A DNA stretch of 64,000 nucleotides, taken from positions 367,970,001 to 368,034,000 of the forward strand of contig OZ024743.1 of assembly GCA_964016885.1 (NCBI GenBank). Reading direction: 5' to 3'. Positions 22,930 to 36,795 of the stretch are shown one piece after another (position 1 is the stretch's first letter; every line of letters begins with the position of its first letter). The notes under the pieces are model-generated. The model did not search any database, was not told the DNA's origin, and saw only the letters and a list, made by a program, of their open reading frames with translations. This DNA is from Eledone cirrhosa. Its lineage: Eukaryota. A program made the position numbers and the translations under genes.

Positions 22930-24420
22930 TCCACCAGTGCAAAAACTTGATGTCCATTTGGAAAAGGGACAACAAGTATATTTTACAGCCCAACAAACCA
23001 TAGCACCAAGAAAAACAACTTTGATAGCATTTTTGTAGAACTGACAGCTTTGCACGAATTCTACTACCTGGACATATACCATCTTACTACAGCTTTGATA
23101 AACAGAGAGGAAAATGAAACCAGCAAGTGAAAACAAAGAAGACCAGTAGAAAACCATCATGAAATTAGTAAAGAAGCAGCACTAGGTAGGTTTTACACAA
23201 TACATGTAGGACAGTATGAATATTTCCACTTGAGGATGCTGCTTAATGAAGTTAGAGTCCCTCAAGGCTTTGATGAACTTCTTAAATGAATAGCACTATT
23301 TATAACACCTATCAAGAAGCCTGATGAGGAGAGGTCTGTTGGAAGACAACAATAAATAGGATGCAACACTTGCAGAGGAATCTCTATAACAAACTGCTTA
23401 AAGTATTTGAAATTTGTTTACAACCATATTAAAAAGGTGAGACAAAGCCAATCCATTGGTGCTTTGGTTAAAATATAGGGATGGTATCTTAGGACAACAA
23501 ACACGAAATGCAATTGAGAAACCCTGAAATAAAAGTGACTTTTTCAGACAAGCATTGTAACACAGCTTTGATCGAGATTGAAGACAAACTGGCAGAAATA
23601 TATGGACCTACTCTGCATTTATTTGGCTTTTCTCGCACTAATAGAACTAATTTTGATGGCCTAAGGAGGGAAATTGTGTGAGAAGCTTCATACAACGTAG
23701 AAGACCTCATCTCCTATGTTAACGAAAATGAGCCAAAACTACTTATATATAAAACTTGAGACAATTATGCAACAGATTATTGGCTTATTTTTTTTTTTTT
23801 ATTGATGCTCGGGTGGAACTGGTGAGAACCTTCTTGATAAACCTATTATTGTCTAAAATTTGGCAAGATAAAAAAATAGCTTTAGCAGTTGCTTCATCTG
23901 GAATTGCCGCTACACTTTTACTTGGTGGTCAGACAGCTCATTCTGCTTTCAAACTGGACTTAGACCTCAGTTGGAAGGAAATGTCCATATGTCATATAAA
24001 GGACTCAGGAGATGTCTAAGAATCGCAAAGATGAGTGGCAATTTATGGGGATGGATGCATAATGGTGCACACGCATGCATTGGAGGCCTTGGAGAGAACA
24101 CTGAAAGATATCCAGAAGAGCAAAACAATCATGGGAGGAATCACTGTTATTTTATCAGGAGACTCCCACAAACTTTACCTATGATATCAAAGGGGAATCA
24201 TGTTTTATGGCCATGTATCACCAAACTCAATTTAAAATTTTGAAATCCACCATTCCACCATTCCAATGAGGAGGAGAGGCTGTATGAAAAAGCAATCCTT
24301 ACCTCAAAAAAACATCACACTATCAACAAAATTCTCTCAAAAATGATTCCTGGAGGTAGCCAGACCTATAAATCTATTGACAAAGTTGTCGACATTGAAT
24401 TTCTTGACAGTCTGGATCCA
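22930..24420 (+). pseudogene. Degraded Helitron RepHel (linker + PIF1 helicase)
   Basis: EYFHLRMLLNEVR, TFLINLLL, IALAVASSGIAATLLLGGQTAHSAFKL, ALEALERTLKDI...MGGITVILSGD; many stops. Confidence 0.85.
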
Positions 24421-24515
24421 TCTAAGTTAGAGGTCCCCAAACGTTTTAGACTATCAACCATTTCATGGAATTTTTGATCCCTCATCAACCCCAGATATGT
24501 ACAAAAAAATAAATT

Positions 24516-24711
24516 AATAATTGTTTCTACTTTTGGCACAAGGCCAGCAATTATCCCAGTGTATTACTGGTGCTTTATTTTATCGACCCCGTAAGGATGA
24601 AAGGCAAAGTTAACCTTGGCGGGATTTGAACTCAGACCATAAAGGGCCGTAGCTCTTTGCTGCAAAGCATGGCATCCGACCCTCTACCGATTCTGCCAAT
24701 TCACCGCCCTT
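24516..24711 (-). mobile_element. tRNA-derived SINE (family 1), full length
   Basis: Head AAGGGCGGTGAATTGGCAGAATCGG, B-box, central block and tail all present. Confidence 0.88.
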
Positions 24712-25129
24712 TGTGCAGTTTCCATATACATTAGTGTGAGAAACTGCATATTAAACCCTGCTTTCAAAATACATCAGCAAACCATGCCCTGAAAACCTGA
24801 TGTTTTGTATCCCCCCCTCTCCCCTATGAATATATTTCATGAAATATATGGACACAAAAAGGAAAAACTGTCACAGTGTCAGAGGAGTTTCATGACAGAC
24901 AGCTGGTGGCAGACAGACGGACAGGCTGAACTTCTCAGATCCTTATAATATACGTGTGTGTTACATTTGCATTACCCCTAGATTACCAAACACAACATTA
25001 ATAATAGTAATAATTGGAGAGAAACTTCATAAATAATATAGGCAATATTAAATACATTAAACATAATTAAGATATATTTTTATTGCATTGGTTAACATCA
25101 TTAATAGGAAGGGTGTGTTTGATGAACAT

Positions 25130-26510
25130 CAGTAAGTAGATTAATATTTGGCAGGAGATTGGTAAGTTTTAGCCATAGCTCACCACACTCTTCCACATTC
25201 AGTCAGTTCCTCTGCTTTGTTAGAACTCCATTTGCATGACTAAAATCAGCTTCAACCATGTATGAACTTGGAAATGCAAGTAAAAATGGCTCAACCACTG
25301 CACTAAGCTTGGAGAATATAGTAGCAGTATATACATTGCTCTGAACAATGATTTAGCTTCGAGATCCACACTTATATCAATGAGTTCCTCTTCTAAATGA
25401 GATTCAATGTCTGCAGTTTCTATTTCAAAATCAAACAGGCTAACAATCCAGTCACATACATGCATTCCTCCAGGTCCTCGAAACATACTTTAAAGTTTTC
25501 CCTTAATTTTTCATGGTGCTTATATATATATCTCCAAATCACAGTCTGAAATATTTTCATCTTCTTCCAGTTGATGTAAGTTTGAAAAATATTTTAAATC
25601 TTTACATACCAATGAAGATTTAAATAGCCCTATTTTGACTTGAAAGCCTATTAGTATTGTTCAGGCTTAAATAATTGTAACAACTTTACCTTGCAGACAT
25701 TTCTGTACTTTACTAAATTTTGAATATAGGTCTGCCAAATACAACAGATTGTTCTGACACATTTTCAACTAGTCATGTAGTAATGGATCCACACCTGTAA
25801 GAAATTCCACAGCTGAGCCATACAAGTCAACAAGTCTTCACCTCTTGACAACCGCCTTAACTCAGTGTGAAAAACTAATTGTTTTAAAGTCTCATAATTT
25901 TTTTCACATTACATTACAAACTGTTGCGAATTGAGAGGGTATGCTTTAATTTTATTGATTGATCTGATAGACTCATTTAAGGCATCATGCAGTTCACCAC
26001 TGAGTTTCTTCGTTAAAAGATGGCATCTGTGTAAGACACAATAAACAGTATGTACATTGGGAACCTTTTCCTTGAGTAGGGTGGCAAATCCTCTGCAATG
26101 GCCAGCCATTGCTGGTGCACCAACAGTAGCCACTACAGTAATATTCCCAAGAGGAACATTGTGTTTCTTCAAATAATCCTCCAAACATCCAAACATTGTT
26201 TCATCTTTCGCATTACCTTTAACCCTTTAGCATTTACATTACTCTATATATACTATTGTATTTTTGTGGTAAAGGCTTTATCTCACATAATTATCTCACA
26301 TACTATCAAATCTACGAGATTTTAATATTATATATTTCGAGAACCGTACGTTAACATTAGTATGAATGGCCAGTTACAGCCGGTTTGAACAGAGAGAGGT
26401 GAGAGAATTCTGGCCGGATACAGCCGGTTTAAATACTAAAGGGTTAAGGAACTTATTAAACAAAAACTCATCAACAAGGTACTTTAGGCTTGGACTATCA
26501 CAATATGATA
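25130..26510 (-). pseudogene. Degraded hAT (Charlie/Buster-type) transposase
   Basis: ATVGAPAMAG..GFATLLK (TDGAPAM motif), YCVLHR (CxxH motif), LEEELIDI, FPSSYMVEA-like C-terminus. Confidence 0.8.
26223..26443. mobile_element. piggyBac-type MITE (221 bp) nested in the hAT remnant
   Basis: TTAA|CCCTTTAGCATTTA ... TAAATACTAAAGGG|TTAA, i.e. TTAA TSD with CCC/GGG TIRs. Confidence 0.88.
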
Positions 26511-26831
26511 AAGGGAGGAGTGTGTCCTGATTATATTTTTTTTTATCCCATTAGTAAAATAAGTTGGATTACTTTGAATAAATAATGAATGAATATTACA
26601 TAATTTATATACTAAATTTTGTGGCTGTTGATTAAACATAAATATTCTAATGATTGCTTATGAATTTTCAAATGTCAACACTTCCGGTTATGATATAATG
26701 GACGCTATGTCATATCGCTTATATAGACGTTCATATATTTGCATTGTTGTATCATAACGTTTATATTTCTGTCGCTAATTTCCTCCTTTTTCGTTTTCAT
26801 TACATTTCACCATAATGCAGTTTATATATAA

Positions 26832-28021
26832 CTAGCAGATTTACCCGGCGTTGCCCGGGTTTTAAATTATGCTAAGAATATACAGCTAGAAAGTAAAAGA
26901 AGAACATTATTTGTCCCCAACCTGTCAAAATAAGCAGAAGTCTTCAATAATTAATGCAAACGAATATTTAGTGCAATGTTTGTAAAACTATGCTGATAAT
27001 GAAAGAAAACATTGAACAGGATGTAATTATACAAATGATTAAAGACAATACACGTTGCAAATCTGTAAAAAAACAGGCAGTTTTGCTAAAGTACAAAAAG
27101 TTGTAATGAAAGCAGAGTTGTATACAAACAAAAAAACAATGAGAGTAGAATAAGAGAAAATCTATTCTTTGATATCATCCTTTGCTGTGTATGGTTAAAT
27201 TTTGAACTTATAATCCAAAATATCCTGCATGACATATTCATTGGTGTTTTGTAATGAGTAAGGTGAAGTCAAGGCAGAGTTGTAATAAGTTTTTTTGTTA
27301 ACACTAAATCACTTCAGGATAGACGATATTCTTTGTTTTTCTTTTCGGAACAAACGCAAAGAGATTATCTCGACTGCCAACTCGTGAGCAGGCAACATAG
27401 AATTGTCCGTGCGAAAAGCAAGGTTCATCCAAGTGAATTCCAGTGACGGACATAGTTTGACCTTGCGACTTCTTTATGGCTTATGAAAGTTTTAAAAATG
27501 TAAAAGTTGTAGGTCCCAATGGTTTGAATGGAAAGTCCCATAACGATTGTTCTAAAAATAAACAAACTATCATCAAAATCTCGTCAATTCGAGACTGCTG
27601 CGAGATTAGGCCCTTAACGCGAAAATTAACACTTAATATAGTGAAACAAGTTAAAACAACAAGTGCTTTTTTAACTTTGAAAGTGCAACAAAGAATAAAC
27701 AAGAAACAAACGATAATATTAGTGATTTATCTTCAAATGAATCTGATGTTTATATTTCTGTCAATAAAGTTGGTTATCTCTCTTTTTTATAAGGATTGTC
27801 AATAAAGTTGGTTACATCAATTTTGCTACCGATAATTTCGATATCGATTTTTTATTGCTCAACGTGAGTCGATTTGAAAAATGTTTGTGATGTGACCATC
27901 TTAGCGACCTGTGCAACGTGCACAGGAAATTTGGTCAAATTCGGTTGGTAATTGTAAAAGCCTTAGGTATCCAAAGTTGTACCCAGACACACACACATCC
28001 TCGCTTTTATATATATAAAGA
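26832..28021 (-). mobile_element. Complete non-autonomous Helitron (1190 bp) carrying the helicase C-terminus
   Basis: 5' TC(TTTATATATATAAAAGCG), 3' hairpin CCCGGGCAACGCCGGG + CTAG, inserted between A and T. Internal KSQGQT...FSHGQFYVACSRV...TKNIVYPEV* at ~27305-27475. Confidence 0.92.
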
Positions 28022-28225
28022 TATCGTCTTTTTTAAATATATCATGGATTACTTTACTGATTACAAAAGATAGTGCAACTCAGTCTTTCTTCAATTTCTG
28101 TGCATATTGTCAATTATGATTTTATTTGTCGTATCATATCTACATGCATATATATTTGCGTATAATATTGTTATGCACACTACACATACTAGCAGAAAAC
28201 TACCCGAAGTGTGGTTTTTCAGCTA

Positions 28226-28400
28226 GTAATAATAATTGTTTCTACTTTGGGCACAAGGCCAGCAATTACCCCCAGCGCATTACTGGTACTTTATTTTACC
28301 GACCTCGTAAGCGGGATTTGAACTCAGAATGGCAAGGGCCGTAACTATGCATCAAAGCATGGTGTCCGACCCTCTACCGATACTGCCAATCCACCGCCGT
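28226..28400 (-). mobile_element. tRNA-derived SINE (family 1) with internal deletion
   Basis: Collinear with 24516-24711. Confidence 0.85.
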
Positions 28401-28765
28401 TAATGTGTGTTTGTGTGTTTATATCACTTGTGTGAGTGTGTTTATGTGTTTATATTTATATTTGCATGAGTGTATGTTTATGTGTTTATATTTATATACT
28501 CATAAATATATATCTATACATATGCACATAAACATACACACACACTTACAAGTGTAACAAATCTTAGAACGCTGGTCTCTAGTTTCTATAGTTTGTCACC
28601 ATCCCCTTCCTTCCTCAGTCATCACATTGATATTTCCTACATTGCATGATGCCTAATACATTTATAAACACACATTGGATATTGATGATTAAAAATGAAT
28701 ATCAGCAAGTTGTATTTTATCTATTTTTATTTCTAATATGAATGTCAGCATTCAACACCAAAAGT

Positions 28766-28959
28766 TCAATCGACCCCTGATGTTTATCAACCCATGACGT
28801 TGACCTCTGACATTTATCAATCCCTGGCATTTATCGACCCCTGGCATTTATCAACCTCTGGCGTTTATCGACCCCCTTTTGACCCACAGGCATCTATCAA
28901 TCTCTTGAAGAGTCCCATCAAACCCCAGGGGTTGATATCAACCACTTTGGCGACCACTG
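28766..28959 (-). repeat. ~17-bp tandem repeats (gacccctggcatttatc) next to a hAT-like terminus (CAGTGGTCGCCAA)
   Basis: About 6-7 diverged units; the matching second TIR was not found. Confidence 0.55.
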
Positions 28960-29556
28960 GTCTTATTAGAAAGGTAACAGTGACTTCGAAGTCATTGCCC
29001 CATTTTTACTGAGAAAATAAATATTCTTCACTCTATCCACCAGCATTGATTATTCATTTGATTAATGTTTGAATGTTTTAAATAATATGGTATTTTAAAC
29101 ACATATTTTAATATATGTACATATGAAGCGATGTTAGTGGTTGTTGTGGAGGATGATATACTCTACAAATACAATAATTTTGGTTAGATGTGTAACTTTA
29201 CTTCAGCAAAAGTAAAAAGAATATAATTACGACGAAACATAAAAATATAAAATATGATGGTAGCACTCACAAATGAATACAGTGTTCAAAAAGTCCTCTG
29301 GAGAATCTTTGTTTAAATATGCTATGCTCAATTAGAAGGTGACAAGTTATAGTCAATCAGTATTATCAGCATAGGTAGTAGTAAATGTGCAGTATAAGGA
29401 AGCTATGTTGTCTGCATCAAAGTCAGATGATTCTCTGTGTGGTTGAAGAATTGCTGTCAGGCAATTGAGTTTTTCCCATTTAATTTTAATCTATAATATT
29501 GCTTCTCTGAAAGATTTCTCTCATTGAGATGTTTAAGTATTAGTGACTAATTAACC

Positions 29557-29562
<6 letters not shown>

Positions 29563-29616
<54 letters not shown>
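29563..29616. repeat. (TA)n microsatellite
   Basis: Read directly from the sequence. Confidence 0.95.
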
Positions 29617-29618
<2 letters not shown>

Positions 29619-32600
29619 AATCAATTTAGTTAAAGGAATTTATGTAATTTTTAGAATTATTTATTCTACTTTTACGAGTGGGGTTTACTAGTAATACTAA
29701 TAATTAGCTACCATAAAACCAGCAAAGTTGGTAATAAAAACTTCAATGCTGTACATTAAACTCCTCCATTTTGTGAGTAAAGGAGAGGTTTGGGTGGAGG
29801 TAGCATGCAGCCAGCTATTTCAGAGGAACAAAATCCATTATATCAGTGGCAGAAGAGACAGCCTGAAGAAATAGCATATCTTAGGGTCAGTAGCTATAAT
29901 GTATTTGTAAATCTATTCAAAACGGTTGGAAGGCTATTTTTAAACATTGTCTAAATTATTTGTGTTTGTAGCAGTAACATCATTCTAGATATAAAAACAC
30001 TACTCTAATGTGGATTTTACATATGATTTTTAAGGATCAGTAACTGCTTAGAGCCTTTTGGAATGCAGATTTGGTAATGTTATAGATGTCTGATCACCAT
30101 GGAAATCTTATGAGACTGTGAAGCCCATTATTTTTTATGACTTTGAGGGTTTGTGCTATGTGTAGTTCATACATTAGGTGGGTGAGGTACAAGTTTGTTT
30201 GATTTATCTAATTATTGTGAAACGGTTGAAGGCTTCATTGATGTCAAGGGATTCTCAATTGTAATAATCCTCTGGAAAGTGATATGGGGAGTGTGCAAGT
30301 TTCTTGTAGATCTAGCTCTACAGAAACTATACTAGTGTGCATCAATATAATTCCTAATGTCTGGATGAGAAAGATGAGTGATGAGGACAGTTGATCTATA
30401 TAGACACAAATACCACTCTTCTAAAAGACATTGGAATATTCTCTATGTTCTGGTTAAGGTTTACTTGACTATGAAGGACTCTCTACAGTTGCTCACCCAT
30501 ATGTTCTTCCTCCATTTTAAAATGGTTAAGTATATTGAATATAATATCATGGAAAACAAATATAACACAGTCTAGGCTGCATGTCAAAACCAGGATTTCT
30601 TATCTATAAAATCTTGTGATATTATCAAGTTTGTTTCAGATAATGATATACATTTCACTTCTACATTGAATAATTAACTTTTCTCTTCGTACATACTAGA
30701 ATTAATAGACAATTAATTAAAGCATCAATATATAATATGGAAAATATATTTATTATTAGTATCACTAATATCATATAGTTTTCATATCAAAAGCCTATAT
30801 CTCACATTTATATCAGTACTGTAACATTGGAGTACAGGTGCAATGTAGTTGTAACAGCACAGAACACTATCTACAATATCTGGGAGAAGTCACACTCTTT
30901 CATTTATCAAAAGATATTCACCTAACATTGCAATGCCTATGAGGTAACTATTAAGAAAGCAAAGAATAACTTTGTGAATTGCTGCCTGACAAACCCTCTT
31001 GCAGTTGGACCCTCTGGTCATTTTCTACAAGGGTCTCTACTAACTTTTCAGTTTTTCTACCCACCTTTTGTCAATGATGATCACTGTATAAAAGGCAATC
31101 CCATTGATAAAGCTACCCCATTAACTAGGTTCCATCTTTCACTCATCCCTTGGATCAGAAACCTCCTGTCAGACCTTTCAATTGCAATGTGTGCTGACTG
31201 AGCTCCCTCCAGCCCAAACTCTCTCTACCTAGATTATATTTCTAGTTTTACCATTGTATGATAATTACCTATTTGCTATTGTGTCTAACTATTCTCATTT
31301 TTATATAAATTACACTACCTTTTACCACTTCTTAACCTTCTTTCTACACATAGACATCATCCAAACTAGACCTGTATTGCTACTATGCACAGAAGCCACA
31401 AAAATATCCCTTAATATAGTTATGACTACCTAATATCCCTTAACATTGATGAAACCATATCTCGTGATTAGAAAACACTTAAGCCCTGAACCTTTTCTGT
31501 CCCTTTACAAAGCTTAAATGTTACTTACATTAAAGTATGGATCATATATATGGAAAGATGCTGCTGCTAAACACATAAGCATCCAAAACTGTATCCAAAA
31601 GTTATAGATAAAAATTCACTTATAAATACACTACAACTACTGGCTCACAGATAAAAAGTTTTCTTTGTGCCTCTTCTAATATTACTACAACAATCCTTGC
31701 TCCTCTGAACTAGCAAACTGCATACAACATCTATTCCAATCTATGCTTCTCTCTCATGTTTCCTATAAGCATCTATCCACAGACACTCAAACTGAGCATC
31801 TAACATCCCAATATTACAGGACTGGAGGGGCAGTTCTTTTCCTTCCAATTGATTAATAATTTCTAACAAAGACACAAAGCCAGAAATTTATGGCAAGAGA
31901 ACAGTCAATATTGACTCCAATACTAACAATTCTGGAAGGATAAAAGGCAAAGCTGACCTCTGAGATTCAAACACAGAATATAAGATGTTGAAACAAATAC
32001 AAAGCATTTTGTCCAGTGCTCCAATGATTCTGCCAGTTAACATATGAACTTGTAGCCATATTTTCTTGAAGCTATACTTGATAATGTGTAAACAACAATA
32101 TGTTTTCATGTCTAACAAATTAAAAACTGATCTGCTGGTAAATGTTACCTTAAGTAGTTCGTGTTTTGGCTTTTTCAAGTGAAATTACAACAAAAGTATT
32201 CAATATCAGGATGTTATTTATTACTCTATATAAGAAAATTTGTTGCTGTAACCTACTGAATTTTCTTCCTACATAAATATTATTACACACCCTTTTCAAC
32301 ACAGTTATTACATCCTTCTTAATTGTGTATGATGCATATATACACCCCTCAAAGTCATTCTAAGTACTTGACCTTAGAACATCTAATGAAATTTGATGAT
32401 TACCACATATCATAATTAAGACAACATTACTAAGATCAGGATTTCTCTTCAGGGTTAGAAAACCATCTACAAAGCTTAAGTATCATCCAAGGAATATATA
32501 CAATCAGACAGACTAAGCTACTAAGTAGATTTCTATGATCTGTCCTGTGCAGAACACAATGGCAGAAGTAATACATTTTAGAACTCATTACTAAGGTATG

Positions 32601-32720
32601 TAATGCGTCATCTTATACCCATTTTGCTTCCATTACATATAAAGATAAATCTTTTAGTTTGAACAAATTTATATACAAATATTCTATCATTTAAAAATTC
32701 CAATGAGTCTTCATCTAATG

Positions 32721-35209
32721 CAGTGGTTCTTAACCTTTTTACTTGTTCGCACCCCATTCAATTCACCAGCCAGTTCTCGCACCCCCTTCCAGAATTGATG
32801 AAAAGCAATATTGATATCATAATCATAATGTGTAAGTAACAAAACAATCATGTATTTAATTCTTTATTTACATAACTGACAACAAAATAATGCATTGCAG
32901 GATTACAAAAATCAAGATTACATTCATACTAGTAAAAAAACGAAATAACATTGTGCTTGTACTATGCATGGTGTGCTGTGAATTATTATGGCTGAGCGCC
33001 AAATTCAGTGACTTTGTTGCTGTTGCTTTCCATTTATGATGGCATCAAATCTTGGTGTCTTGGTGCTGAGTGCCACTCGCATGTCGTGCTGAGGATCCAG
33101 CCGATTTCGGCTCTTGGTTTTGATGTGAAGCAGACAGGAAAATCCAGTCTCGCAGAGGTAAGTAGTCGCGAAAGGCGTGAGCACAGTGAGAGCCTTCTTT
33201 GCCAGTGCAGGATACGTTTCCAACTGAGAAGCCCAGAAGTGCTCCAAGTGACCATCGGTAAATTCCATTTGCATTCCACGATTGTTTCTGAGTTCGATGA
33301 GATCTTCCTTGATGTTGCTATCATCATCAACATCTTCCATATTATGCTTAAAAGGGTGCCGGATCCAGTCGTCACAGGGTTTTAGCTCTCCACACGAGAA
33401 GTAGTCATCAAATGAGGTGCACAGTATCTGCAGATGTTCAATAATTTTTGAAACAAAATCTTGATGTAGGCAAGCATTCTCTGTTACTGTTTCTTCAAGG
33501 GAAGGAAAATTTGCCAAGTTCCCTTTCTTTAAACGCCTAATCCACAAAACAATTTTGTCTTTGAATGTAGCCAACTTCTCACTTGCAATCAAAATGTTCA
33601 TCCCTCTTCCTTGTAGTGAGCGATTGAGCTCATTGAGTGCTGTGAACACATCAGCCAAATAGGCAAGCATTTAAATAAATTCAGGATCATCAAAATATCC
33701 AGCCAGTTCTTGTCCCAGTCCGTGGAGAAACTGCTGAATTTCTTCTCGCAATTCAAACATACGAGATAGCACACGCCCACGTGACAGCCACCTCACTTCG
33801 GTATGGTACAACAGCACAGTGTGTTCCTGACCCACTTCCTCACAAAATAACTGAAACAGTCGATGATTCAGAGCACGACCACGAATCATATTCACGATCT
33901 TCACACAAATCTCCAAAGTCTTTTTCAGGTATGGGGGCAATGTTTTTGCTGCAAGAGCCTGCCGATGAAGAAAGCAGTGGGTAATCTTCAGTTCAGGAAT
34001 TTCTTTTCTCATCAATGCAGCAAACCCTGAACGATTGCCTAGCATGGCTGGTGCACCATCAGTACATATGGAACCAATCTTGTCAAGATGAAGTTGGTAT
34101 CTTGTGAAGAATTCTTTTATCATACTGAACACATCTATGGCTTTAGATGTTGTGTTCAGTGAGTTACAGAAAAGAAAACTTTCTTCCACTTTATTGTTCT
34201 TCACGTACCGGACTAATACCAATAGCTGACAACAATTTGACACATCTGTTGACTCATCCACTTGTAGGCTAATCTTTACTGGACTGGCCTTGATGTCTGC
34301 AATAACTTGCTCCAGGATATCATCACTCATGTCGATGATTCGGTTACGGATCACATCATTTGATAAAGACACTTGTTGCAGTTTCCTCGCAGCTTCCTGA
34401 CCGAGAACAGTCTTTGCCATTTCAAGGGCACACGGCTTGATCAATTCCTCGGGAATCGTATGGGGCTTCTTTGACTTAGCAACCAGGTATGCAACTTGAT
34501 AAGAAGCATGTAATATAGGTTTCACTGTTGGTATAAATCCGTGTGTCAGCAAAGTGCCGGCACGATCAAATCTAGCTCTTTTGACACGTAATGTTGCAAG
34601 ATCATTCTCTGCATCCTTGCCACCATGTCTGTTCTTAAAATGTTCGTCAAGCTTTGATGGCTTCAAATTTGCGTTGGAGAACATGGTGCTGCATAGGATA
34701 CACTGTGGACGTTGTGTACCATCCTTCTCATCAGTAACACGCGTGAAGCCATACTGAACATAGTCATCATTCCACCTTCGTTTTTTGGACATACTGATGA
34801 TAAACCTGGAAAACAATAATTTTTATGAGCAAAATTGAAGTTACAATAAAAGCATAGTGTGCATGTCTGTGATACATGTCTATACCAGAGGCGCACATCC
34901 GGGGGGCGAGGGGGCGAGATCATTTCAGGTGTGGCGAAAATGACCTTCGCCCCCAATAATTTTCAATGAAATGGACTCTCTGGCCATGTTTATGACAAAT
35001 TTAATGAAAAAAATGCAAAATAATTTTATAAATTATCCCTAATGCCAATTAGCACAATGACTTCTTGATTTCCAGAATTTTTCACTTTTTTCGGTTACCC
35101 GACCATTATTCCCGAAAAATTGTAAATTTACCCCAGGGTATCCTCGCACCCCCTAGGAAGCATTCTCGCACCCCTAGGGGGTGCGAGCACCCCCGGTTAA
35201 GAACCACTG
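32721..35209 (-). mobile_element. Full-length hAT transposon, Buster/Charlie group (2489 bp)
   Basis: Perfect 15-bp TIRs CAGTGGTTCTTAACC; identical 8-bp TSD ATCTAATG (32713-32720 and 35210-35217) with central TA; subterminal TCGCACCCC repeats at both ends. Confidence 0.97.
33005..34792 (-). pseudogene. hAT transposase (BED finger, DDE, hATC dimerisation) with one in-frame TAA at 33671-33673
   Basis: MSKKRRW..PQCILC..KLDEHFKNRH; DESTD; CTDGAPAM; HCFLH; VRWLSRG; FATTYLCETGFS; QQQSH*. The two listed ORFs are in the same frame, separated by a single stop. Splice-acceptor-like TTTTCCAG just upstream of the ATG. Confidence 0.95.
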
Positions 35210-36318
35210 ATCTAATGGGAGAAGGATTTTCATTATTTGTCCATAATGAACTCAAAATTAAAAAAAGTTTTAGCATGACAGCAACATCTTTAGAGTGCAT
35301 CATATCTGTTTATACCAAAATGATAAAGATCTTTTAACCAATACAGAATTCCTTCATAATATTTGAAGACAGTTCTAATGAGTCTTTAGTGGATATAGTT
35401 AGGACAGATATTGTCAGAAACCAAACTAAAATTGGCAATCTTTGTCTAGCTTCCAAATCAAATGTATTTTGTACTAAGTGGTAGAGGTCAGTATATCCTA
35501 ATATAAGTTTACACAACAGTTATCAAAAGTGTTTGGAAAGCTGAAATGTTTTAAATTTAAAAAAATTACTATAGACTTCATTCTGAAAGAACTTCCGGTG
35601 TTTGTTGAAAATCAATAAATAAGTAATCATTTCAGACTCTAGACTAAAAACACATCAGACAATAGATTGGATGTAGAGAACTAGATAAGGAAGTCTGTTA
35701 GACAATAATTTGTATTATGATTAAAAGGCAAAATTTACATTTTGTATTGACATTTGAATTGTTGAGATGATTTAACATAAATGACAAAACCCTTAAAATA
35801 TTTAATTTCATCACTCTACCTTCTGAATTGAAATCCTGCATGAGTCAACATTGCATCCTATTGCTTCTAGAAGAATCAAGTAATAACCATAAAAATTATG
35901 ATATTCTGTTTTATTAATCCCATCTTTAAAGTAATCATTTAAAATATTTATATTTGCCCTGGAAAATTATAATGTTACCCATTTTGTGACCATATTTCAA
36001 ATGAAATACATTGTCCATGTTTCAATTAGTTATTAAAATAATCAGAAATTTGGAACAATTTAGCAAAATAATTAATAACTAACATTAAACTATTGTTTGG
36101 AACATAATTAATACAAGGTAGTTATGTAAAATTATGAGAGCAGGTTTAATGTTCAATAAAAATACTTTAAAATGGATAGTTTTTATCATAGAATCAAGGT
36201 CAATCTCAGATAAGTTGTTATAAAAAGGCACAAATATAACAATTCATTTTAGATATTTAATCAAGTAATAGTCATGAGGTAACATTGATATCATCACATA
36301 TAACATGTTTTTTCTTTG

Positions 36319-36795
36319 CCCTCTTATTCCTGAGAGGGTCGTGGGGGCAGAATCCTCAAACACTCCTTCCAGCAGTTACCCTCTTATTCCTGAGAGGGTC
36401 GTAGGAGCAGAATCCTCAAACACTCCTTCCAGCAGTTACCCTCTTATTCCTGAGAGGGTCGTGGGAGCAGAATCCTCAAACACTCCTTCCAGCAGTTACC
36501 CTCTTATTCCTGAGAGGGTCGTGGGAGCAGAATCCTCAAACACTCCTTCCAGCAGTTACCCTCTTATTCCTGAGAGGGTCGTAGGAGCAGAATCCTCAAA
36601 CACTCCTTCCAGCAGTTACCCTCTTATTCCTGAGAGGGTCGTGGGAGCAGAATCCTCAAACACTCCTTCCAGCAGTTACCCTCTTATTCCTGAGAGGGTC
36701 GTAGGAGCAGAATCCTCAAACACTCCTTCCAGCAGTTACCCTCTTATTCCTGAGAGGGTCGTGGGAGCAGAATCCTCAAACACTCCTTCCAGCAG
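36319..36795 (-). repeat. 8 x 60-bp near-perfect tandem array made from the 3' terminus of an RTE family 2 element
   Basis: Unit ccctcttattcctgagagggtcgtRggagcagaatcctcaaacactccttccagcagtta; single-copy homolog at 47878-47927. Confidence 0.95.

Noticed and set aside
30960-31810. Very old LINE (CR1/Jockey-like) remnant
   Set aside because: Only faint motif traces (LIPWIRNLL); too degraded to call without alignment.
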